Part shown: positions 1-8,226 of the stretch, one piece after another
Layout of the letters: the number at the start of each line of letters is the position of its first letter
How positions within the stretch are numbered: the stretch's first letter is position 1
Origin: Fibrobacterota bacterium
GTDB taxonomy: Bacteria > Fibrobacterota > Fibrobacteria > UBA11236
Assembly (NCBI GenBank): GCA_043753995.1
Contig: JAYUVP010000009.1
Coordinates: 1 to 17,349, forward strand
Direction of reading: 5' to 3'
DNA length: 17,349 nt
The notes under the pieces: generated by a model
Told to the model about the DNA's origin: nothing
What the model saw: only the letters and a program-made list of their open reading frames with translations
Database searches by the model: none
Translations under genes and position numbers: made by a program

Positions 1-355
1 AAAGACCCAATGATCCCCGCCTGACAATGATCGCGATGTTGAAATTCTTGGGACTTGGGCCAACGATAGTTTGTTTGTGAAAATAACTTTTGTTGACAAC
101 CGAATGACTACCACCGCCTGCAATTTGTCAGCATGCAAAAACTATCCGAATTCCCAGTAAATTCATTCGAATCCTACGAAGTTTTTTCGAATCGCGATTC
201 TTTAAAAATAGAGCGACTTAAATACTATAAGAGCTGATAAAACCCACACTCTAAAAGTTCGCCGGAGCCATTTACTTTTGTTTCGGGTTGAGATGTCCGC
301 TTCACTCCTGGATGAATAATTTACCATTTGCCTCTGCCACTCAAGGGTTGTCCAC

Positions 356-745
356 ATGATGCGTATTTTCTTCTTGGTTACGGATTTTGGCTTCATCGCC
401 TACTGGCTCGTCGCGGCCTTCGCCAATGTGCCGCCTGAATATTTGTTCAAGAACTATCACGATCCTCTAATGGTGGCTTGGAATTGGTCCTTTCTTCCCT
501 TGGATTTGCTCATTTCTGCGACGGGCCTTTCCTGTCTCTGGTACAGGAAAAGTAATGCGTCACGATCTGAAATTCTGGCCATTATTTCGCTTTCGCTCAC
601 AGCCTGTTCGGGATTACAGGCTATATCCTTCTGGGTGATTCGTTCGGATTATAGCTTCAGCTGGTGGGCCATGAATCTGTACTTATTGATTTATCCGCTT
701 TTCTTTTTGGCCCCTAGGGTAGGCAGGATGAAATTCTCCAATTAG
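356..745 (+). CDS. YvaD-like (DUF5360-type) small integral membrane protein
   Basis: 129-aa hydrophobic ORF with about 4 TM segments. Motifs TDxGFxxYW, WNWSFLPLDLLISATG, SGLQAISFW and WWxxNLYLLIYP resemble the YvaD family (recognised from memory). Confidence 0.75.
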   Translation: MMRIFFLVTDFGFIAYWLVAAFANVPPEYLFKNYHDPLMVAWNWSFLPLDLLISATGLSCLWYRKSNASRSEILAIISLSLTACSGLQAISFWVIRSDYSFSWWAMNLYLLIYPLFFLAPRVGRMKFSN

Positions 746-748
746 GAC

Positions 749-778
749 TTGCCTATCTAAACTAATCATATTAGTTTA
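749..778 (+). promoter_or_regulatory. Sigma-70-type promoter overlapped by a palindromic operator (likely TetR site)
   Basis: TTGCCT (749-754), 17-bp spacer, TAGTTT (772-777). A perfect inverted repeat TAAACTAAT-CAT-ATTAGTTTA (758-778) covers the spacer and -10, directly upstream of the hydrolase-TetR pair. Confidence 0.65.
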
Positions 779-784
779 TTGGCT

Positions 785-1744
785 ATGAAGATTAGTATGG
801 TGTCCCCTGACCGCCTTTCCGCAGTCCTTTTCTCTGTCCTTTTTGCCTCCACCGCTCTGTGTGCCACCGATCCGGAGGCCCTCATGAACAAGACACCGGA
901 TATCCATTTTCTGCAATGCCCCCAAGGTCGCGTCGCCTGGTCGCTTCACGGTGACCAAGGCCCGCTCATCATTGGCATGCCAGGCATGGGCGATTTGCGC
1001 GAGCACTGGAATGGATTTGCCACGGCCTTGGTTTCCAAAGGCTATCGTGTCGCCGTCCTCGACCTCCGCGGCCACGGGCAATCAGATGCAACCTTCGAAG
1101 ATGTTTCGCGGGAAGCTATCGCGCAAGATGCCTTGGCTCTGGCAGATTCGCTTTCCCCTGAGAAGCCGGTCATCTTGATTGGCCATTCCTATACCGGCGC
1201 CTCTGCCGTATGGGCCACCACGGAGCGCCCCGAACGCGTGGAGGCCGTCCTCCTTCTCGCGCCTTTTGCCCGGGCGGTTCCGGTGACCTTTTTCCAGAAG
1301 CTGGCCCTCAAGGTGGGACTGCTTCGGCCTTGGGGCGCCTCGGTATGGGCCAGCTATTACAAATCGCTTTTTCCGGTTCACAAGCCCTCCGACTTGTCCG
1401 CGCGGGCCGACGCCGTGCGAGCCAATATGAAGGAGCCTGGTCGGCTTGAAAGTTTGCGCGCCATGGGAAATACGACGGCAGCCGCATGCGAAGCGCGCTT
1501 GGACCAGGTCCGTCGCCCCACTATGATTGTCTTCGGGTCGCGCGATCCTGACTTTCCCGATCCCGCCGCTGAAGGAAAGTTGCTGGCCGATCGAACCGGT
1601 GGAACTGTCGCATTAATCACAGATGCTGGCCACTATCCCCATGAGGAAGATCCTCTCGGCATCGCGGAGCGAGTGGCTGAATTCCTCGCTAACCTCCCTG
1701 GCTTGGCACCGGCCAGAGCGGCATCCGTGAAGGCTAACCCATGA
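785..1744 (+). CDS. Alpha/beta fold hydrolase
   Basis: Motifs PGMGD (oxyanion region), DLRGHGQSD, nucleophile elbow GHSYTG, acid GSRDPDF and catalytic His AGHYPH. The start is uncertain: ATG 785 gives a signal-peptide-like N-terminus, and ATG 884 has GGAGG at 874-878. Confidence 0.85.
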   Translation: MKISMVSPDRLSAVLFSVLFASTALCATDPEALMNKTPDIHFLQCPQGRVAWSLHGDQGPLIIGMPGMGDLREHWNGFATALVSKGYRVAVLDLRGHGQSDATFEDVSREAIAQDALALADSLSPEKPVILIGHSYTGASAVWATTERPERVEAVLLLAPFARAVPVTFFQKLALKVGLLRPWGASVWASYYKSLFPVHKPSDLSARADAVRANMKEPGRLESLRAMGNTTAAACEARLDQVRRPTMIVFGSRDPDFPDPAAEGKLLADRTGGTVALITDAGHYPHEEDPLGIAERVAEFLANLPGLAPARAASVKANP

Positions 1745-2289
1745 GTCGCCGTTCCCTGGATCGCGCTGGCGTGGTGCGTGAAGCTGCCTTGCTCGCCGAT
1801 CGCGACGGCTTCGAGTCTCTGACGCTTTCCGTCCTCGCCGCCCATCTGGGCGTAAAGCCGCCATCTCTTTACAACCACATCGAAAGCCTCGATGCCCTGC
1901 GCCGCGCATTGCAACTTGAGGCCCTGGAGCTATTCACCGCATGCACCGGCGAAGCCGCCATGGGCAATGCCGGACGCACGGCCTTGGAGCGCATGGCGCA
2001 AGCCCTGTTTACACTCGCAAGGAAACGCCCCGGTGTCTGGGCTGCTTTGCAAAAGGCGCCAGCGACGGGCGACGACGAAGTCTTGCGCGCCGCACAGCGA
2101 GCATTGAAGCCCTTCGAGATTGTCCTCAAGCCCATGGGATTATCCAAATCAGAATCCGTCCATTTGCTGCGAGCATTGCGTGCCTTGGTTCATGGCTTCG
2201 CGTCCTTGGAGGCCATGGGCGGTTTCGGTTTGCCCGAAGCCGTGGAATTAAGCTTCGAAAAAGCTCTCGCGCGAATTCTCCCGACGTAA
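1741..2289 (+). CDS. TetR/AcrR family transcriptional regulator (WHG-type C-terminal domain)
   Basis: N-terminal HTH LTLSVLAAHLGVKPPSLYNH and C-terminal LRALVHGFASLE..GGFG. ATGA overlap with the hydrolase stop codon. Confidence 0.9.
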   Translation: MSRRSLDRAGVVREAALLADRDGFESLTLSVLAAHLGVKPPSLYNHIESLDALRRALQLEALELFTACTGEAAMGNAGRTALERMAQALFTLARKRPGVWAALQKAPATGDDEVLRAAQRALKPFEIVLKPMGLSKSESVHLLRALRALVHGFASLEAMGGFGLPEAVELSFEKALARILPT

Positions 2290-2394
2290 CGAATAGGTTA
2301 CGGGAGGAGCTCGGCCCCTCCCCGCCTCGGCCTGCCATATTCCTGCCCGCTTCGCTGGGCTTTGCCGGCCTCGTCTTCCTCCCCGGCTATTCCA

Positions 2395-3411
2395 TCAAGT
2401 CGGGATTGATGGATCCCATGTCCGTGACAACTGGAATTTTGCCACCTTGCTTTTCAAGGTCGGCAGGGGAATGCCGAGGAGGTGGGCGGCTTTGGCCTTG
2501 TTGAAATTGCATCGGGCCAAGGATTCTTTTAGGACGCGCTCCTCGATTTGGTCGAGGTATTGGTGGAGGGAAGATGTTCCCCAATCGAAAATCTGGAGAC
2601 CGGCCTCCCCATTCACGATATTTAGCGGTAGAGACGAGCGGTCGATTTTCCCGTCCCGGCCCAAAAGGACCAAGCGTTCCACAACATGCTCCAGCTCGCG
2701 CACATTGCCTTCCCAGCGATGACGCATCAGAATGCTTAGTATCTCAGCGGGGAGGTCTAGGTCCCGATTGGGCGAATACTTCTTTAGGAAATGTTCCACC
2801 AGCAAGGGGATATCTTCCGACCTTTCTCGCAGCGGTGGAATTTGGATTTGCAAGACTTTGAGGCGGGAATACAAGTCCTGGCGAAAGGTTCCGCCGTGAA
2901 CCGATTTTGCCAAATCTTTTTTGGTAGCGGCCAGAATGCGAACATCGGCTTGCAAAGAATCATGGCCTCCCAGTCTTTCGAATTTTCCGGTCTGCGCGAA
3001 ATGGAGTAGCTTGACCTGGGTGTCGGGTGGAATATCCGCGATTTCATCCAGGAAAAGGGTCCCTTTATGCGCCAATTCGAGGCGACCCTTTCGCTGCCGT
3101 AGAGACCCAATGCAGGGGATTTTCTCTTGCCCGAACAATTCCGATTCCAGATGATTTCGTGACAAAGAGGAACAGCATACCATGACGAAGGGGTGATTGT
3201 TTCGGCGGCTTTGGTAGTGTATGGCTTCGGCCAATAGGCTTTTTCCCGTGCCCGTCTCGCCTTGGATTAGCACCGTGGATTCCGCCGCGGCCACAATGGC
3301 GGCCAAATCGAAAGTGGCGCATAGGGCAGGCGAACGTGCGAGCAGGTTGCCGAAGGTCCGCGTGGTCATCTCGGAATTCCCTGCCTCCCCGCATGCGTCA
3401 AACAATTCCAC
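2395..3411 (-). CDS. NtrC/Fis-family AAA+ enhancer-binding-type regulator with no sensor domain and a degenerate GAFTGA loop
   Basis: Walker A GETGTGKS, ESELFG, Walker B TLFLDEI, FRQDLYSRL, sensor II GNVRELEH and C-terminal Fis HTH NKAKAAHLLGIPLPTL. The GAFTGA position reads IPCIGS. It starts 9 bp after the NrfD stop (GTG 3411, alternative ATG 3369). Confidence 0.88.
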   Translation of the reverse strand: MELFDACGEAGNSEMTTRTFGNLLARSPALCATFDLAAIVAAAESTVLIQGETGTGKSLLAEAIHYQSRRNNHPFVMVCCSSLSRNHLESELFGQEKIPCIGSLRQRKGRLELAHKGTLFLDEIADIPPDTQVKLLHFAQTGKFERLGGHDSLQADVRILAATKKDLAKSVHGGTFRQDLYSRLKVLQIQIPPLRERSEDIPLLVEHFLKKYSPNRDLDLPAEILSILMRHRWEGNVRELEHVVERLVLLGRDGKIDRSSLPLNIVNGEAGLQIFDWGTSSLHQYLDQIEERVLKESLARCNFNKAKAAHLLGIPLPTLKSKVAKFQLSRTWDPSIPT

Positions 3412-3420
3412 AGCTTCCCA

Positions 3421-4959
3421 TCAGGTTCTCCATTCGGGAACGATTTCATAGACAACGGAGGAGAGGAAACAAGTTATCACGCCTGCGATAAAAATAACGG
3501 GGCTATAGGGAATCAACGGATCCATATTGGGGTCGGTTCCGAAACGCGCGGAAATGAGAAAGCCGGATACCAGCAAGGTCAGGCCAATCAATAAGGTGAT
3601 TCCGAACAGTGCCAGGCGGCGGAAATGGCTAGGCCCACTTTCTTTGAGATTCACCTGTAATAGCGACTGATCATGGTCTATGGTGTGCAAAGGGATAATG
3701 GGAAAGACTTTCAGGAAGGTGAGGTAGATCATGGCGCCGAAGGCCACCAAGCCAGTGATGACGCTGATTTCCACCCAGCTGGGGAAATACGCACCATGCC
3801 GATACGGCATGAGCATGCCATGCGTTTGTGAAGGTACCACGATGATGAAACGTTTCGCCACGGCGGCCACATTCACTAGGATTCCAGCTAGTACATGCAA
3901 AGGGATATTGGTTTTTCCGCGGATGTACTGGAAAAACAAGAGGGCAAAGGCCAGGGCCAGGCAAGCTACCGTCGTCCAGAAATAAGCTGCGTAGGCACCA
4001 GCCATAAGTTCATGTGCGAGGGAGATCTCCATCGAGGGAGCGGCATAGTGGGCCGTCAATTCCTCCACCAGCATGATATAGAGATACACCACACAAACGA
4101 CCATAAGCAATAGGCCCAACCATTTGAAAGCTTTTTCGGTAATGACTTCTTGCAAGTGGAGTTGATGGCGAATGGCGGCGGAGATGACTAGGATGGCTCC
4201 AGTGCCGGAGATGAGAGCCATGACCACAAAACTTGGGGCTTGCAAGGTGCCATACCAGCCAGGCCGGCTGGATTGAATGCCGAAGATGAATCCCAAAGTG
4301 GAAGAGGCTGTGATCAACAAGGGCAAGATGACAAGAGACAACCAAAAGCTGGCATTGGCATGCCGGTTGAAATCATCTGGCGTTCCCTTGAATCCCCACG
4401 CCCACAATTGATAGTACCAGCGCAGTAACGGAATCCTGGCATGCTTCACCATTTGAGCGGCATCGGATCGCCCCGATAAATAGAAGTACACCACGGTGGC
4501 GAAGAGATATCCGGAAATCACCAAGGTGAAAGTCCCGAAAAACGGCGACATGACGCGGGCATATTTCGGCAGGTTCAATAATCCCGACAGTGGCCGACCC
4601 AAATCCGCCATAATACACATCGCGCCACAAGACAGCGCAGTGATAGTCAATAACTCGGCAATGCGGGTAATGGGTTTGAGATGGGTGATACCGAAAAGCC
4701 GAATCAAGACCGAAAGGGTAATCCCAGCAAAGCTGATCCCGATGAAGACCACGACGAAGACGATATAGAGGCCCCAGACGACGCCGCCATTCCCGATAGT
4801 GCGTAAGGACGTGACGGTTTCACCGAAGATCAACTGACGCGAATAGGCATAGACGCCGAAGGCGAAGACGGAAAAAAGAAATACCATGGACAGTATCCAT
4901 GCGGGACTGAATTTTCCGATGCCCAACCGAACCGGTTTTACCGAACCCTCCGCAAGCAT
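3421..4959 (-). CDS. nrfD: NrfD/PsrC-family quinone-interacting membrane subunit (QrcD/ActC-like)
   Basis: Multi-TM protein with WGLYIVFVVVFIG, RIAELLT, ADLGRP, SP, STLGFIFG...RPGW, P.FVV.AL.SG, KRFIIVVPS and YFPSWVEI, all NrfD-family hallmarks. It follows the Fe-S subunit gene. Confidence 0.9.
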   Translation of the reverse strand: MLAEGSVKPVRLGIGKFSPAWILSMVFLFSVFAFGVYAYSRQLIFGETVTSLRTIGNGGVVWGLYIVFVVVFIGISFAGITLSVLIRLFGITHLKPITRIAELLTITALSCGAMCIMADLGRPLSGLLNLPKYARVMSPFFGTFTLVISGYLFATVVYFYLSGRSDAAQMVKHARIPLLRWYYQLWAWGFKGTPDDFNRHANASFWLSLVILPLLITASSTLGFIFGIQSSRPGWYGTLQAPSFVVMALISGTGAILVISAAIRHQLHLQEVITEKAFKWLGLLLMVVCVVYLYIMLVEELTAHYAAPSMEISLAHELMAGAYAAYFWTTVACLALAFALLFFQYIRGKTNIPLHVLAGILVNVAAVAKRFIIVVPSQTHGMLMPYRHGAYFPSWVEISVITGLVAFGAMIYLTFLKVFPIIPLHTIDHDQSLLQVNLKESGPSHFRRLALFGITLLIGLTLLVSGFLISARFGTDPNMDPLIPYSPVIFIAGVITCFLSSVVYEIVPEWRT

Positions 4960-4965
4960 GGCGCC

Positions 4966-5823
4966 TTACCTTCCCTGGCTTTCAAGCCCGATGTGTTTTT
5001 GCTTGCCCAGGAAAAAGACCTTGGGCTTGGTGCCCATATGTTCTAGCAGGCGTTCGGCCCTTGGGCTATTGGCTAGGCGTGAGACCAGGCTTTCCGGATC
5101 ATTCAAATCACCGAATATAATGGCTTCAGCAGGACAGGATTGCGCGCAGGCCGGCAAAAGACGCACGTCCTCGTCGGTGATTTTGCGATCCTCGGCCTTT
5201 GCCGTCTCCTTCAAGGCCCGGATGCGATGCACGCAGAAGGTGCACTTCTCCACCACGCCCTCGGGGCGAGTGGCGACATCGGGATTCAAAGCCTGCTGAT
5301 GCGATTCGGGGAAGTGAGGTTCGGTCCAGTTGAAATAGCGCCGGGAATAGGGGCAGGCGTTCTGGCAATAGCGACAACCGATACAGCGATCCCAAATCTG
5401 ATCGACAATGCCTTCCTCGTTTTGAAAGGTCGCATTCACCGGGCATACCTTGACGCAGGGAGGGTTTTCGCAATGCATGCAGGGCATGGGCGAAACCGAG
5501 TTGTCTTTGCCTTCGCCCAGATTGAGGAGGGTCATCCAATTGATTTCTGTGCCGGCTGTAACGGGATTATCCCCGCAGAAGGGGACATTGTTTTCCACCT
5601 TGCAGGCCACCACGCAGGCTCCGCAGCCGGAGCATAAATCGAGATCGATGGCCATGCCCCACTTGGGCTTTTTCCCGGTCTTGGCATTGATCTCGGAACC
5701 GTGTTCGTCCTTTTTGGTTTCCGTTCCGGAAGCTGTCTTGGCTAAGCCCGACAAAGGAAGAGCAGCCATGAATTTGAGGAAGGTGCCGCGATCCATTCCG
5801 CCGAATAACGATTCCATTTTCAT
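4966..5823 (-). CDS. 4Fe-4S dicluster electron-transfer subunit (NrfC/PsrB/QrcC-like)
   Basis: WGMAIDLDLCSGCGACVVAC, CMHCENPPCVKVC, CIGCRYCQNAC and KCTFC...PACAQSC give 16 Cys for four clusters. Also GVVEKC, FGDLND and GTKPKVFF. ATGA overlap with the upstream gene. Confidence 0.93.
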   Translation of the reverse strand: MKMESLFGGMDRGTFLKFMAALPLSGLAKTASGTETKKDEHGSEINAKTGKKPKWGMAIDLDLCSGCGACVVACKVENNVPFCGDNPVTAGTEINWMTLLNLGEGKDNSVSPMPCMHCENPPCVKVCPVNATFQNEEGIVDQIWDRCIGCRYCQNACPYSRRYFNWTEPHFPESHQQALNPDVATRPEGVVEKCTFCVHRIRALKETAKAEDRKITDEDVRLLPACAQSCPAEAIIFGDLNDPESLVSRLANSPRAERLLEHMGTKPKVFFLGKQKHIGLESQGR

Positions 5824-8216
5824 GCCTTCAGAATGCGGATACGAGTGCCGCAGCTTGGGGTGAGGCCGCTGAGCGGATCAATATGCGGAGGGACGAGCTC
5901 CTTGGGATTGGACCTCTTGCCACGGGCAAACCTCCCGAATTCCTTGTGGCCACCGCCCAGTTCCATCACAGCCATATCCACGGGCACAGCTTCGGTGACC
6001 AGGGCATGCGACTCGATGCGGCCAATGGGGGATTCCAGCCAAATCTTTTCGCCGTGGACGACGCCGATTTTCCGTGCGGTTTCGGGATTCAGATCTACCC
6101 AGGAAAGCCAGCTTTCATGCGCGCGCAATCCACGCTGCAAGCCCGCCATCTCCCGCAAGTGGGGAATATTGGCCCCGCTGCCTTCGGCATAGGTGATGGG
6201 CTTATAAGTCATGAATAAAATGGGGAACTCCTCGCGCGATCCTGCGAAAACCGCAGCTTCCGCATGAGGAAGGCATACGGCAGCCAAGCTTGGTTTACCG
6301 ATATTTTTGAGCCACTGCTCCGGCGCATGATTTAAATTCCGCGCTAAGGTCGTGATTTTTTCCTCAGCGATTTTTGAGTGGAATTCGAATTTCCCCGAGG
6401 GCGTTTTAAAAGCGGCTTTCCAGTTTTCCGCTGCCATGGGTTCATCGTGCCAATAACCCACCTTGGCTAATTTCTTGAGAAAATCTTCTGGTGATTCTTC
6501 GGATAATGTGCCGCGTTGAACACTTGCGACGCCGGCCAATCTCTCCTCCATGGCCACCTTGAAACTTTTCCAGGGAAAGGCCTCGGCCACCGTGCCGTCA
6601 AGTCCCTTAGCGATTTGAATCAAGGCATCACCGGTATTCTTGGTCTCATACAAAGGCTCGACTACCGGTCGACGCATGCCGATGGCGGCCTGAAAACCGA
6701 AAGGCGGGGGAGTGGCATCTTCCCAGCGTTCCAAATAGGTGTGATCGGGAAGGATCAAATCGGCATAGGCGGCGCTTTCATCCAGGAAAGGAGAGAAGCT
6801 GACGATGAAAGGGATTTTTTCAAAAGCCTTGCGATAACGATCGGGATTATTCCGCGAGAATAGAGGATTGGAGTAATACAAAAGCAAGGCTTCAGCCCCA
6901 TAGGGTTTGCCTTCCATCACACTTTCAGGAAAAGCCTCCACGACATTGTGGCCTAAGGGGAACCGTTCTTTATCCCGGCCATCCAGGGAGGGCTGCGCCA
7001 ATCCTTTTTTCGCGATGTCATCCAGGGTGGCAGCATCCCAATCCGCCAGGGGTATAGGTTTTTTCAATACGATACCGCCGGGACGCTCAATCGAGCCCAG
7101 CAAAGCATTCAGGGCCAAGGCGCAACGGGCGATTTCCAGGCCATTGGAAGTGGACGTGGATCGAGAATCCACCACCACTACCGCGGGCTTGGAAGCAGCC
7201 AATTCCCAGGCGAGCCGATAAATATTCTTCTCGGAGATCCCGGTTATTTCCGAGACTTTTTCCACGGGATAATCCGATAAAGAAGCCGCAAAGCTATCGA
7301 AGCCGGAGCATTGCGAGGCCACGAAGTCGAGATCATGCAAGTTGGCTTTGATCAATTGATGAGCAATGCCCAAGGCGAGCGCATCATAGGTGCCGGGCTT
7401 GATGGCAATCCATTCGTCGGCGATTTTGGCGGATTGAGAACGGTAGGGTTCCACCTGCACGATTTTCGATCGGCGGGTCGGGTTTCCGCTACGGAATTTT
7501 CCCGTCGAGCGGGCGAAGTGTATGCCATTGCAGGTGGATTCGAAAATCCCTGATCCCAGGCTAAGGATATAGGACGTTTTGTCGGCGTCATATCCTTGCA
7601 TTTCCGCCACGCCGGTCATCAATTCCATGGCCTGCACGAGGGCACCATCGCCGGAGGACAAGGGATCAAAGAAATTGGGAGTGCCAAAGGATTGGGAGAA
7701 GCGTTCCAGCAACTCCTTCATGAAACCGCGTTGGCGGCCGCAGAGGATGGCCAGCTTGTGCGGCTCTGATTTTTCGCGCAGCGCGCTCAACTTGGAGGAC
7801 GTCTCCGCGATGGCTTCTTTCCAGGTTATTGGCTTCCATTTTCCCGAACCACGCTCGCCGTCGCGTTTGAGTGGGGTTTTAATGCGATCAGGATCATAGA
7901 GTGTATAGAGTCCGGTTTGTCCTTTAGGGCCGAGTTTGCCGCCTACCAACAAAGAATCCGGATTGCCATTGATCTTGACTGCGCGCCCTTCCACGACACG
8001 CACGCGAATGCCGCAGTTCACGGGACATTGGCCACAGGCCGTCGAAAGCGTTTTTTCTTCGCCGCGATACCAACCGTCCGAACCCGGTACGACAGGCTTT
8101 TCCACGGCAAGGCTATAGGGGTCATGTTGCGGTAGGCAGGCCGCCAGGGCGCTGGCTGCGCCCACGGCTCCCGTGGTCTTAAGGAATTTTCGGCGTGAAA
8201 ACTCAGGCTTCTTCAC
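5820..8216 (-). CDS. Molybdopterin oxidoreductase (DMSO reductase family) fold subunit, Tat lipoprotein, QrcB/ActB-like and probably non-catalytic
   Basis: Tat signal SRRKFLK plus lipobox LAAC. N-terminal CGQCPVNCG, then YDPDRIKTPLKR, ADEWIAIKPGTYDALALG, ADLILPDHTYLERW, TPSGKFEF and the dinucleotide-binding domain WVDLNPETARKIG. GTG start with a GAGGG RBS. Confidence 0.9.
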   Translation of the reverse strand: MKKPEFSRRKFLKTTGAVGAASALAACLPQHDPYSLAVEKPVVPGSDGWYRGEEKTLSTACGQCPVNCGIRVRVVEGRAVKINGNPDSLLVGGKLGPKGQTGLYTLYDPDRIKTPLKRDGERGSGKWKPITWKEAIAETSSKLSALREKSEPHKLAILCGRQRGFMKELLERFSQSFGTPNFFDPLSSGDGALVQAMELMTGVAEMQGYDADKTSYILSLGSGIFESTCNGIHFARSTGKFRSGNPTRRSKIVQVEPYRSQSAKIADEWIAIKPGTYDALALGIAHQLIKANLHDLDFVASQCSGFDSFAASLSDYPVEKVSEITGISEKNIYRLAWELAASKPAVVVVDSRSTSTSNGLEIARCALALNALLGSIERPGGIVLKKPIPLADWDAATLDDIAKKGLAQPSLDGRDKERFPLGHNVVEAFPESVMEGKPYGAEALLLYYSNPLFSRNNPDRYRKAFEKIPFIVSFSPFLDESAAYADLILPDHTYLERWEDATPPPFGFQAAIGMRRPVVEPLYETKNTGDALIQIAKGLDGTVAEAFPWKSFKVAMEERLAGVASVQRGTLSEESPEDFLKKLAKVGYWHDEPMAAENWKAAFKTPSGKFEFHSKIAEEKITTLARNLNHAPEQWLKNIGKPSLAAVCLPHAEAAVFAGSREEFPILFMTYKPITYAEGSGANIPHLREMAGLQRGLRAHESWLSWVDLNPETARKIGVVHGEKIWLESPIGRIESHALVTEAVPVDMAVMELGGGHKEFGRFARGKRSNPKELVPPHIDPLSGLTPSCGTRIRILKA

Positions 8217-8226
8217 GGATTATCCC

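Noticed and set aside
1..355. Possible gene end or small ORF (202-396, minus strand) upstream of the YvaD-like gene
   Set aside because: No recognisable motif or RBS, and the 64-aa ORF overlaps the YvaD-like start. It cannot be supported from this window.
2285..2394. GC-rich short inverted repeats between the convergent TetR and regulator genes (e.g. CGTAAC-N6-GTTACG)
   Set aside because: Short stems with no U-tract on either strand, so not a convincing terminator or ncRNA.
5820..8216. Calling the large subunit a polysulfide, tetrathionate, arsenate or nitrate reductase catalytic subunit
   Set aside because: The Mo-ligand Cys and the fourth FS0 Cys are missing, there is no TorD-type chaperone gene, and the gene order with a pentaheme cytochrome matches Qrc/ACIII.
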